A DNA stretch of 32,000 nt from Sinorhizobium meliloti (GTDB lineage Bacteria > Pseudomonadota > Alphaproteobacteria > Rhizobiales > Rhizobiaceae), in assembly GCF_017876815.1 (NCBI RefSeq), contig NZ_JAGIOS010000001.1:990001-1022000 (forward strand), written 5' to 3'. The position numbers were made by a program, and so were the translations under genes. Position 1 is the first letter of the stretch. Each line of letters opens with the position of its first letter. This document shows, one piece after another, positions 9,480 to 19,469 of this stretch. Below the pieces are notes generated by a model. That model saw only the letters and a list, made by a program, of their open reading frames with translations. It was not told where the DNA came from and did not search any database.

Positions 9480-10613
9480 ATGAAGACCAATACCCTCATC
9501 GACCGCCGCAGCTTCGTTAAAATGGCGGGTGCCGCCTGGGCGGCGGCGCTTTCCCCCCGGGGCGCCTTTGCCCTGGAAAGGGCCGATGCCGTCTTCGCCT
9601 CGGCCTTCATGGCGCCGGACGGCAGCTACGGGGTCGCGACGCTCACGGAAGCGGGCGAGATCGTGGAGCGGAGGCTGCTGCCGGCGCGTGCGCACGGCAT
9701 GACCTTCTCCCCGGCAAGCCGGCGGGCGGTCGCCTTTGCCCGGCGGCCGGGCACCTATGCCATGATCTTTGCGCCGGACGGCGCCGCCGAGCCGGTCGTC
9801 ATCACCTCCGCCGAGGGCCGCCACTTCTTCGGGCACGGCTGCTTCTCGGCCGACGGCCGTCTGCTCTATGCGACCGAAAACGACTTCTCCGCCAATCGCG
9901 GCATGGTCGGCATCTATGACGGCCGCCGGGGTTTTGCCCGGATCGGCGAATTCCCGACTTACGGTATCGGCCCCCACGACATGACGTTGGCCGCCGACGG
10001 ACGCACCCTCGCAATCGCCAATGGCGGCATCGAGACCCACCCCGATTTCGGCCGCACCAAGCTCAATCTCGACCGCATGCAGCCGAGCCTCGCCCTCGTA
10101 GACGCCGCGACGGGGGCGCTCATCGAGAAGCATGTGCTGCCGCCTGATCTCAACCGCCTTTCGACCCGCCATGTCGACATCGGCGCTGACGGACGTGTCT
10201 GGTTCGCCTGCCAATACGAGGGCGCGCGCAACGACCTTCCGCCGCTGGTCGGGCACTTCGCCAAGGGCGAGGACCTGACCTTCGTCGGTCTGCCGGAACG
10301 CACCACGGCGGCGCTCGCCAATTATGTCGGTGCCATCGCGGTCAACCGCCGCGACGGACTGGTCGGCCTCACCTCTCCCAAGGGCAACGTCGCCGTCACC
10401 CTGGACGCGAAAACGGGCGCCGTCCTCAGGGAGGAACAGGTAACGGACGCAGCAGGCGTTGCCGCGGCGAAGCACGGTTTTGCCGTCTCCACCTATGGCG
10501 GCCGGTTCGAGAAGCGCGTGAGTGCCGTCGCCTGGGACCAGCACATCGTCCGGCTCGGCGATCAGGTCGACGCACCGAAGTCCGAGAGCGTCACGAGATC
10601 ATCCCAGCGATAA
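9480..10613 (+). CDS. DUF1513-family periplasmic protein with Tat signal
   Basis: ATG 9480 gives MKTNTLIDRRSFVKMAGAAWAAALSPRGAFA, a twin-arginine signal. The body is beta-propeller-like and matches my recollection of DUF1513, the usual fourth gene of imelysin clusters. The ORF-track start at 9381 lies in the repeat. Confidence 0.85.
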   Translation: MKTNTLIDRRSFVKMAGAAWAAALSPRGAFALERADAVFASAFMAPDGSYGVATLTEAGEIVERRLLPARAHGMTFSPASRRAVAFARRPGTYAMIFAPDGAAEPVVITSAEGRHFFGHGCFSADGRLLYATENDFSANRGMVGIYDGRRGFARIGEFPTYGIGPHDMTLAADGRTLAIANGGIETHPDFGRTKLNLDRMQPSLALVDAATGALIEKHVLPPDLNRLSTRHVDIGADGRVWFACQYEGARNDLPPLVGHFAKGEDLTFVGLPERTTAALANYVGAIAVNRRDGLVGLTSPKGNVAVTLDAKTGAVLREEQVTDAAGVAAAKHGFAVSTYGGRFEKRVSAVAWDQHIVRLGDQVDAPKSESVTRSSQR

Positions 10614-11122
10614 GCAACCTGATCCAGGCTTTCTCTGCCGACGCCGACCCGGCCCTCGCCCACCGCGCGGGCACCGAGCCGCTCGTAGAAGGCCCTGTTG
10701 GGGTTGTCTTTCAGCACCCAGGCAAAGAGCGACGTGCCCCCCGTCTCGCGGCAATGGGCGGCGACGCTGCGCACCAGGGCGGAACCGAGCCCGGCGCCAT
10801 GGAACTCCGGCAGGAGATAGAGCTCGTAGAGTTCCCGATCGAAAGCGGGCGGCATGCCCCTGGCCTTGCCGTAATTGGCGAAGCCGATCACCCGCCCTTC
10901 GGCCATGTCGGCGGCGGCCATCATGAAGGAGCCCGGAAAGCGCATGCGCCGCGCGTGCCGGATGGCCTGATCTTCAACGGTCATGGCGTCGAGATAGGCA
11001 TCCGCGATGATGCCGCGAAACGTCGCACGCCAGGTGCTGACCAGGACCGAAGCGATCATCATGAGATCGTCGGGAACGGCCGGCCGGATTTCGATGCGCC
11101 GGAAGCTCTTCATAGGCAACAT
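10562..11122 (-). CDS. GNAT-family N-acetyltransferase
   Basis: Acetyl-CoA binding region LLPEFHGAGLGSALV with GNAT-fold spacing. The start is ambiguous (11152, 11122 or 11113). The 3' end overlaps the convergent DUF1513 gene by 52 nt. Confidence 0.85.
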   Translation of the reverse strand: MLPMKSFRRIEIRPAVPDDLMMIASVLVSTWRATFRGIIADAYLDAMTVEDQAIRHARRMRFPGSFMMAAADMAEGRVIGFANYGKARGMPPAFDRELYELYLLPEFHGAGLGSALVRSVAAHCRETGGTSLFAWVLKDNPNRAFYERLGARAVGEGRVGVGRESLDQVAYRWDDLVTLSDFGAST

Positions 11123-11273
11123 ATAGGTGTCGCCGCTTCGCCGCAAAACCATGAACGGCTGGAAATGATCGTCCCCGGTGCGTTTGAATTACGCTTGCCG
11201 CGCTGCAACCGGCATGCCAGTGTCCGGAAAACTCGCACAGTGGTGCTCCGAGGAAATCAAGGCCGGCCGACCG

Positions 11274-11726
11274 ATGGATGAGAGCGATCCCCCCGACTTC
11301 AAGAAGCGCATCCGGGAAAGCTTCAGGCGACAGGCCGCCATGCGCACGATCGGGGCCGAGCTCACGCGCGTCGAGCCGGGAACGGTCGAGATCGAGCTGC
11401 CCTTCGATGCCAAGCTGACGCAGCAACACGGCCTTCTCCATGCCGGTGTGATTTCCGCCGCGCTCGATGCGGCGGGGACCTATGCCGGCTATTCGGTGAT
11501 CGACCCCGAGGCATCGCTGCTGACGATCGAGTTCAAGGTCAATCTTCTCTCGCCCGGACGCGGCGAGCGGTTCCTGTTTCGCGGCGAGGTGACGAAGCCC
11601 GGCACGACCATCATCGTTTCCGACGGGCGGGCCTATGCGGTCAGGCCCGACGGACCCGCCAAGCTCATCGCCTCGATGACCGGAACGATGATGGTGGTGC
11701 GCGGACGCGAGGGTATCGAAGGATGA
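11274..11726 (+). CDS. PaaI-family hotdog-fold thioesterase
   Basis: The motif QQHGLLHAGVISAALDAAG and a ~150-aa length are typical of PaaI/YbgC-like thioesterases. I chose the start at MDESDPPDF; 11178 and 11214 are also possible. Confidence 0.85.
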   Translation: MDESDPPDFKKRIRESFRRQAAMRTIGAELTRVEPGTVEIELPFDAKLTQQHGLLHAGVISAALDAAGTYAGYSVIDPEASLLTIEFKVNLLSPGRGERFLFRGEVTKPGTTIIVSDGRAYAVRPDGPAKLIASMTGTMMVVRGREGIEG

Positions 11727-12361
11727 GTTTCGAGCTGAAGGCCGTAGCGGGGAGAAACATCCTCTATGTGATGGCCGTGGATGCGGAGTACGGCCCTTGC
11801 CTCCGTGGCCGGATCGTGCCGCTGATGACGGGCGTCGGACCGGTCGAAGCGGCCGTAAGCCTGACCCGGGCGCTTGCGGAGCTCGACGCCAAAGGCAGCC
11901 TGCCGGACCTCGTCGTGTCGCTCGGCTCGGCCGGCTCCGCGACGCTCGAACAGACCGAAGTCTACCAGGCGATCTCCGTCGCCTATCGCGACATGGATGC
12001 CTCTCCGCTCGGCTTCGAGAAGGGCGCAACGCCCTTCCTCGATCTGCCGGCGGTCGTCAAACTGCCGCTCAGCATTCCCGGCGTTAGGAAGGCCCGGCTT
12101 TCGACCGGCGCCGATATCGTCTCCGGCAACGCCTATGAGCAGATCGACGCCGACATGGTCGAGATGGAGACCTTCGCAGTCCTGCGCGCCTGCCAGGCTT
12201 TCGGCGTTCCGCTCATAGGGCTCCGCGGCATCTCGGACGGCAAGGCGGAACTGAAGCATGTCGGCGACTGGACCGAGTATCTGCACGTCATCGACGAGAA
12301 GCTTGCGGCCGCCGTCGACCAGCTGGAGGCGGCGCTGGAGAAAGGCGAGATCCAGCTCTGA
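11723..12361 (+). CDS. 5'-methylthioadenosine/S-adenosylhomocysteine nucleosidase-like protein (PNP_UDP_1 family)
   Basis: ATGA overlap with the thioesterase stop. The motifs GVGPVEAA, LGSAGS, DMVEMETFA and LRGISDG align with the GKV.AA / GSAGG / VEME / R.ISD motifs of E. coli MtnN. Confidence 0.85.
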   Translation: MSFELKAVAGRNILYVMAVDAEYGPCLRGRIVPLMTGVGPVEAAVSLTRALAELDAKGSLPDLVVSLGSAGSATLEQTEVYQAISVAYRDMDASPLGFEKGATPFLDLPAVVKLPLSIPGVRKARLSTGADIVSGNAYEQIDADMVEMETFAVLRACQAFGVPLIGLRGISDGKAELKHVGDWTEYLHVIDEKLAAAVDQLEAALEKGEIQL

Positions 12362-12467
12362 GCGTTCTGTAGCGGATGCTTGATTGTCCGGGTGCAATGT
12401 TATCGTTGCGCCGGCAGCGGGCTTTCATTAAAGGCTCGCCATGATCAAGCTTGCTTGAAGGCCCGCT

Positions 12468-14030
<1,563 letters not shown>

Positions 14031-14059
14031 GATAAGAGGCTCCCGGCAGTCAGTCGCGA

Positions 14060-14484
14060 TCAAACCATAAGTCGCGTCGGAACGCCGAGCGCTGGCCCCG
14101 CCTCGGCAAGTCGACGATCGAGTGTGTGAACCGTAGCGCCATGCTCCGACGCCACGGCAAGATGCAGCGCATCGCCGGCGCGAAGCCCGAGCATGTGTTG
14201 ATCGGCGAACTTGGCGGCAGCCCGAAACTGTCCGCCCGTCACGGACAGCACGGTCAAGCTCTCGGCGACCAGCTTGTTGAATATCGCAAGCGCCGCGGCG
14301 CGCTGCTCCAGGTCGATCTGGCCGGTCCGCAGCTTGATCGCCATGGCCGAGGAAACCTCAGTGACGGTCCAGTCGCTTATCAGCAGTTCAGCCGGATCCT
14401 GCTCCGCCAGCCAGCCCTGGACACGCGGCGTCATCGCTTCGTTGGAAAGGGCCGCGACAATCATCGACGTGTCCAGATAGAGCA

Positions 14485-14485
<1 letters not shown>
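14060..14485 (-). CDS. vapC: type II toxin, PIN-domain ribonuclease VapC
   Basis: 141 aa starting MLYLDTS (Asp5). Further conserved acidic residues (..TVTEV.., ..GDALHLA.., ..TLDRRL) fit a PIN domain. The start overlaps the antitoxin stop (TGATG). Confidence 0.9.
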
Positions 14486-14961
<476 letters not shown>

Positions 14962-15068
14962 TCATCCAGCTCTTAGCAGATCTTCGCTGAGGATATCCGT
15001 GCGACGGCCATTGTCTCGGAAACGCTACTATATAGTCTGGCTTCGCCGATGCCGCCGGAGAGGAGCCC

Positions 15069-15398
15069 ATGGCAAAGCAGGAATGGAAATGGGTGAGGGT
15101 GAAAGCGCTATCCGATAACGACAAAGCCGACATCGCCACCGCATGCGAACGGTTCATCGCCGAGACACCCAAGCCGCGACTGCTGCCGGAAATTCGCCCG
15201 ACGAAATTCAATTACCCACTCGACATCTTTGGCAGGTGGCGAGGCAGCAAGTACAGCTTTCGCGAAAGTCACCAGGAAGCCGCTCGATTGCTCGCGCGCA
15301 TCGGCGGCTTGCGTGGCGCGGCCGAGCAAACCATCTATGTGGAATCGCTGAAGACGCGCTATGGCCGCAAGCCCAATTTCATGAAGCTCTTAGGGTGA
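15069..15398 (+). pseudogene. chimeric gene remnant (N-terminal fragment of a small conserved protein fused to the C-terminal tail of an unrelated large protein)
   Basis: 109-aa ORF. Residues 1-62 (MAKQEWKWV..FNYPLDIFGRWRGSKYSF) resemble, from memory, the N-terminal half of a ~130-150 aa DUF3024-like rhizobial family. The last ~40 aa (..YVESLKTRYGRKPNFMKLLG) resemble the extreme C-terminus of a DUF6880-like family. No search was run. Confidence 0.45.
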
Positions 15399-15402
15399 AA
15401 CC

Positions 15403-15990
15403 GTGCGGCGCTCCGAGATAGACAGCCAGAATCGATATCTTCTCAAGCTGCAGCATGATTATCGCCTGGCGGCGGATATCGTCGCCCGCGCGTGGGCCGA
15501 GTTCCCTGAAGTTCAGGCGATCGCCGTCATCGGCTCGGTCGCAAAGCCGCTCTGGAAGGAGGTCCCTCGCTTCAGGGAGTTCCGCCGCAGCGGCATCGAG
15601 GTCTGGCACGAATGCGGTGATCTCGACATGGCGCTCTGGCTCGACACGCAAGAGCGGCTCGCCGAGCTGCGCAAGGCATGCGCCCGCTCCTTGCGCCAGG
15701 CATTCGAAGCCGGAGCCGGTATGAGTGTTCCGGACAACAGGGTCGATACCTTTTTGTTCGAGCCGGGAAGCGATCGCTATCTCGGTCGCCTCTGCCGCTA
15801 CAACGAGTGTCCCAAGGGCAAACGCGATTGCCTCACGCCCGGTTGCGGTGCGGTTCCTTTCAACCAAATCATCCCCGGATTTGCGCCCCGGGCCGATCTG
15901 CTGGCGCCGGCGCGATATGCGATGCTCTACAAGCGCGGCGTCGGCGTGCTGCGCTCGGCTCTCGACCTTCCGACGGTCGAAGAGGATTGA
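15403..15990 (+). CDS. orphan nucleotidyltransferase-fold (Pol-beta superfamily) protein with a C-terminal 4-Cys cluster
   Basis: GTG 15403 is the only start in this frame (in-frame TAG at 15391) and lies 4 nt after the upstream stop. Has the Pol-beta NTase signature IGS (G44 S45) .. GDLDMALW (D73, D75) .. VDTFLF (D115), and C131-x4-C136-x6-C143-x4-C148 (15793-15846). Confidence 0.7.
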   Translation: MRRSEIDSQNRYLLKLQHDYRLAADIVARAWAEFPEVQAIAVIGSVAKPLWKEVPRFREFRRSGIEVWHECGDLDMALWLDTQERLAELRKACARSLRQAFEAGAGMSVPDNRVDTFLFEPGSDRYLGRLCRYNECPKGKRDCLTPGCGAVPFNQIIPGFAPRADLLAPARYAMLYKRGVGVLRSALDLPTVEED

Positions 15991-16087
15991 GATCGGCGGC
16001 AGCTACGGCCTACAGCCGTTGTCGGGGCTTGCAAGACGACGATGCCAAGCCTCATAACCGGTTTTCCGAATTTGAGGACGAGACGAA

Positions 16088-17149
16088 GTGGACATTTCCG
16101 AGATCATCATCGCCGGCGATACGCCGGGTGTCGAATGGCGGCTGCCGGTGTTCCGGTTCAAGGGGGCAAGTGCTGCGGCGCCGCGCACCTATATCCAGGC
16201 GGCGCTGCATGCCAACGAACTGCCGGGCACCGCGCTTCTGCATTTCCTGCTTGAGAAGCTCCGCCAGGCGGATGAGGACGGCGCTATTCTCGGCGATATC
16301 ACCATCGTTCCGCAGGCAAATTCGATCGGCGCCGCGCAAGCGCATTTCGGCGAGCTGCAGGGCCGCTTCGATCTCGGCTCGCGCACCAACTTCAACCGCG
16401 ACTTCCCGCTGATCTCCCTTGGCGAGCGTGACGGCCTGCTCGATGAGCCGGACCGATATTCGGCCATCGATCGATTGAAGCGGCACCTTCTCGACATGGC
16501 GCTCGGCGCCGAGCTGGTGCTCGATCTTCATTGCGACGACGAGGGGCTGCAATATGCCTATATCGACGAGGCCTTCTGGCCGGAGGCCGCCGACCTTGCC
16601 GCGGCCCTCGATATGGAGGCGGTGTTCCTCTCCGACGGGCAAAGCTCAGCCTTCGAGGAGGCGGTCGCCCATGCATGGAAGCACGAGAGCGAAGGCGAGC
16701 GCAGGACCGCCCTGCCCGGCCGCCTGTCGGTGACCGTGGAACTGCGCGGCACGAGCGACGTCTATCCGGACATTGCGCGCAAGGACTCCGAGGGCATGTT
16801 TCGCTTTCTTGCCGGCCGCGGAGTCGTTGCGAGCACCGGCGCCGGCCTTCCGGCTTTCGCCGGCAAGGCCGTGCCGCTCGACAATATCGAGATGATCCGC
16901 GCACCGGAGGCCGGTGCTATCCTCTTCCACCGCAATATCGGCGACAGCGTCGAGGCCGGGGAACTGCTGGCGACCATCCTGGTCAGGCCCGGCGTACCGG
17001 GGGGCACCGTCGAGATCCGGGCGCCGCAGGATGGGCTCATCGTCACGCGCGTCTCCACCCGTCTCGCCCGCCGCCGGTCCGACCTGATGAAGATCGCCTG
17101 CGCCGAGCCTTCGCGTGCGGCGCGAAAGCCGGGGGCGCTGGAGGCCTGA
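16088..17149 (+). CDS. succinylglutamate desuccinylase/aspartoacylase (AstE/AspA, M14-like) family protein
   Basis: 353 aa from a GTG start. The zinc-ligand region QAALHANELPG (HxxE) and the overall layout are typical of the AstE/AspA family. Confidence 0.85.
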   Translation: MDISEIIIAGDTPGVEWRLPVFRFKGASAAAPRTYIQAALHANELPGTALLHFLLEKLRQADEDGAILGDITIVPQANSIGAAQAHFGELQGRFDLGSRTNFNRDFPLISLGERDGLLDEPDRYSAIDRLKRHLLDMALGAELVLDLHCDDEGLQYAYIDEAFWPEAADLAAALDMEAVFLSDGQSSAFEEAVAHAWKHESEGERRTALPGRLSVTVELRGTSDVYPDIARKDSEGMFRFLAGRGVVASTGAGLPAFAGKAVPLDNIEMIRAPEAGAILFHRNIGDSVEAGELLATILVRPGVPGGTVEIRAPQDGLIVTRVSTRLARRRSDLMKIACAEPSRAARKPGALEA

Positions 17150-17246
17150 GGCTGTCGTTTCGACCGGTCGCGGCGCGGAACCCGCTTGCCTTTCCGGCTG
17201 GGGGAAACGACTATGATCCGATCCACTGCTCCACAAGGAATACCGG

Positions 17247-18416
17247 ATGTTCGACGCCCTCGCCCGCCAAGCCGACGATCCCTTGCTGGCCCTGATCGGC
17301 CTGTTCAGGAAGGATGAGCGCCCCGGAAAGGTCGATCTCGGCGTAGGAGTCTATCGCGACGAGACCGGACGCACGCCGATCTTCCGGGCCGTCAAGGCGG
17401 CGGAAAAGCGGCTTCTCGAAACACAGGACAGCAAGGCCTATATCGGCCCCGAAGGGGACCTCGTCTTTCTCGATCGGCTCTGGGAACTCGTCGGCGGCGA
17501 CACGATCGAGCGGAGCCATGTTGCGGGCGTCCAGACGCCCGGCGGCTCCGGCGCGCTCCGTTTGGCGGCGGACCTCATCGCCCGCATGGGCGGCCGAGGC
17601 ATCTGGCTCGGGCTGCCGAGCTGGCCGAACCACGCGCCGATCTTCAAGGCGGCCGGGCTCGATATCGCCACCTACGACTTCTTCGACATTCCGTCGCAGT
17701 CGGTCATCTTCGATAATCTGGTGAGCGCGCTGGAAGGCGCCGCATCCGGCGATGCGGTGCTGCTGCATGCAAGCTGCCACAACCCGACCGGCGGCGTCCT
17801 GAGCGAAGCACAATGGATGGAGATCGCCGCGCTGGTGGCCGAGCGCGGCCTGCTGCCGCTCGTCGATCTCGCCTATCAGGGGTTCGGCCGCGGCCTCGAC
17901 CAGGATGTCGCGGGCCTCCGGCATCTTCTCGGCGTGGTCCCGGAAGCGCTCGTCGCGGTTTCCTGCTCGAAGTCCTTCGGGCTTTATCGCGAGCGCGCGG
18001 GCGCGATCTTCGCGCGGACCAGCTCGACTGCCTCGGCGGACAGGGTGCGCTCAAACCTCGCGGGCCTCGCACGCACCAGCTATTCCATGCCGCCGGATCA
18101 CGGCGCAGCCGTCGTGCGGACGATCCTTGACGACCCGGAACTCAGGCGCGACTGGACGGAGGAGCTCGAGACGATGCGGCTCAGGATGACGGGCCTCCGG
18201 CGGTCGCTTGCCGAGGGACTCCGCACCCGCTGGCAGAGCCTCGGCGCAGTCGCCGATCAGGAGGGCATGTTCTCCATGCTGCCGCTTTCCGAAGCGGAGG
18301 TTATGCGGCTCAGGACCGAGCACGGCATCTATATGCCGGCATCCGGCCGCATCAACATCGCCGGGCTGAAGACGGCGGAAGCCGCCGAGATTGCCGGCAA
18401 GTTCACCAGTCTCTGA
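17247..18416 (+). CDS. tatA: aromatic-amino-acid / tyrosine aminotransferase (class I, AspAT-like)
   Basis: 389 aa. PLP-lysine motif SCSKSFGLYRERAG (compare SYSKNFGLYNERVG of AspC/TyrB). The N-terminus MFDAL..DPLL.L is typical. The symbol follows the S. meliloti tatA naming, from memory. Confidence 0.9.
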   Translation: MFDALARQADDPLLALIGLFRKDERPGKVDLGVGVYRDETGRTPIFRAVKAAEKRLLETQDSKAYIGPEGDLVFLDRLWELVGGDTIERSHVAGVQTPGGSGALRLAADLIARMGGRGIWLGLPSWPNHAPIFKAAGLDIATYDFFDIPSQSVIFDNLVSALEGAASGDAVLLHASCHNPTGGVLSEAQWMEIAALVAERGLLPLVDLAYQGFGRGLDQDVAGLRHLLGVVPEALVAVSCSKSFGLYRERAGAIFARTSSTASADRVRSNLAGLARTSYSMPPDHGAAVVRTILDDPELRRDWTEELETMRLRMTGLRRSLAEGLRTRWQSLGAVADQEGMFSMLPLSEAEVMRLRTEHGIYMPASGRINIAGLKTAEAAEIAGKFTSL

Positions 18417-18429
18417 TCTCTAGATGACG

Positions 18430-18460
18430 ATGCTTTTAGGCCGGGTCGACCTAAAAGCAT
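18430..18460 (+). terminator. 11-bp perfect hairpin downstream of the aminotransferase gene
   Basis: ATGCTTTTAGG (18430-18440) pairs with CCTAAAAGCAT (18450-18460), with a 9-nt loop. It starts 14 nt after the stop. No U-tract follows, so terminator function is tentative. Confidence 0.4.
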
Positions 18461-18495
18461 GAACGTGACCGGTTCCGATAGGTCAGAGCGGGATG

Positions 18496-18522
18496 CGGGC
18501 GGAAAACCGCACACACTTTTCC
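18496..18522 (-). repeat. short conserved intergenic motif GGAAAAGTGTGTGCGGTTTTCCGCCCG (minus-strand copy)
   Basis: Its reverse complement matches 30626-30653 at 24 of 28 aligned columns. It is embedded in a GAGCGGGATG..CATCCCGCTC inverted repeat (18487-18531). Confidence 0.5.
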
Positions 18523-18624
18523 TCATCCCGCTCCTGTCCTGTCTCCTGTCCTGTCTCCAGGTCTTTTCCGACGCGCGGCGCCCGGCTATGTCTTCCCGCA
18601 TCTGGAAGAGCGGGAAGATTCGGC

Positions 18625-18975
18625 ATGACGGTTACGATCTACGGCATCAAGAACTGCGACACGATGAAGAAGGCCCGGAACTGGCTCGACAGCCGCGGCA
18701 CTTCCTACGATTTCCACGACTACAAGGCGGAAGGCATCGATCGTGCGCGACTCGAGCGCTGGTGCGCCGAACTCGGTTGGGAGACGCTGCTCAACCGCTC
18801 GGGCACCACCTTCCGTAAGCTGGATGAGGCCGACAAGCGGGACCTGACGGCCGACAAGGCGATCGCGCTGATGCTCGAGCAGCCGTCGATGATCAAGCGC
18901 CCGGTGCTCGAGGCCCACGGCAAGCTGCTCGTCGGCTTCAAGCCGGAACTCTACGAAGCCGAATTCGGGGCGTAG
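18625..18975 (+). CDS. ArsC/Spx-family reductase (YffB-like)
   Basis: MTVTIYGIKNCDTMKKARNWL.. carries the CxxT/S redox motif, and the 116-aa length is typical of YffB. The longer ORF-track start at 18493 runs through intergenic repeats. Confidence 0.9.
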   Translation: MTVTIYGIKNCDTMKKARNWLDSRGTSYDFHDYKAEGIDRARLERWCAELGWETLLNRSGTTFRKLDEADKRDLTADKAIALMLEQPSMIKRPVLEAHGKLLVGFKPELYEAEFGA

Positions 18976-18978
18976 ACC

Positions 18979-19452
18979 ATGTCGAAGACAACCCGGGCGA
19001 CGCAGGCCCTCGCAAAGGCCGGCGTCATTTTCACCGTTCACAGCTATGACTACGATCCCGGCGCCGAACGCGTCGGACTGCAGGCGGCGGAGGCGCTCGG
19101 CGAGGACCCTTCCCGTGTGCTGAAGACACTGATGGCCGAGGTGGACGGCAAGCCGGTCTGCTGCATCGTGCCCTCGGACCGGGAGGTGAGCATGAAGAAG
19201 CTCGCCGCAGCCTTCGGCGGCAAGTCGGCGAGCATGATGAAACCGGCGGACGCCGAGCGGCTCACCGGCTATCACGTCGGCGGCATCAGCCCCTTCGGGC
19301 AAAGAAAGACGGTCCCGACTGCGATAGAGGAAGCGGCCCTTGCCGAAGCGCTGGTTTTCATCAATGGCGGGCAGCGCGGCCTGCAGGTGCGGCTTGCGCC
19401 CAAGGATGCGCAAGCCGCATTGCGTGCGGTTGCCGCATCTCTGATCGCCTGA
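18979..19452 (+). CDS. ybaK: Cys-tRNA(Pro)/Cys-tRNA(Cys) deacylase YbaK
   Basis: 157 aa. YbaK/EbsC signature ..KTLM..VDGKPV..IVPSD.EVSMKKLA.. and GYHVGGISPFGQ. Starts 3 nt after the preceding stop. Confidence 0.92.
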   Translation: MSKTTRATQALAKAGVIFTVHSYDYDPGAERVGLQAAEALGEDPSRVLKTLMAEVDGKPVCCIVPSDREVSMKKLAAAFGGKSASMMKPADAERLTGYHVGGISPFGQRKTVPTAIEEAALAEALVFINGGQRGLQVRLAPKDAQAALRAVAASLIA

Positions 19453-19469
19453 TTTCTTTAAAAGGACTG

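Noticed and set aside
9235-9610. ORFs 9235-9483 (+) and 9287-9610 (-) across the corA/DUF1513 spacer
   Set aside because: They are encoded by the G/C-rich palindromic repeat (P/G/W-rich peptides such as ..PNPSPQGGGAG..). This is a known source of spurious hypothetical proteins.
8232-10544. 770-aa ORF on the minus strand, the longest ORF in the window
   Set aside because: It runs antisense to corA, the repeat element and the DUF1513 gene, all of which have clear family signatures. Its translation is Arg/Gly/Ala/Asp-rich with no motifs. This is a typical shadow ORF of a high-GC genome.
18532-18555. Tandem 12-nt duplication TCCTGTCCTGTC x2 (possible CRISPR or VNTR)
   Set aside because: There are only two units with no spacers and no cas genes. 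It is too short for a CRISPR array and is probably slippage within an intergenic repeat region.
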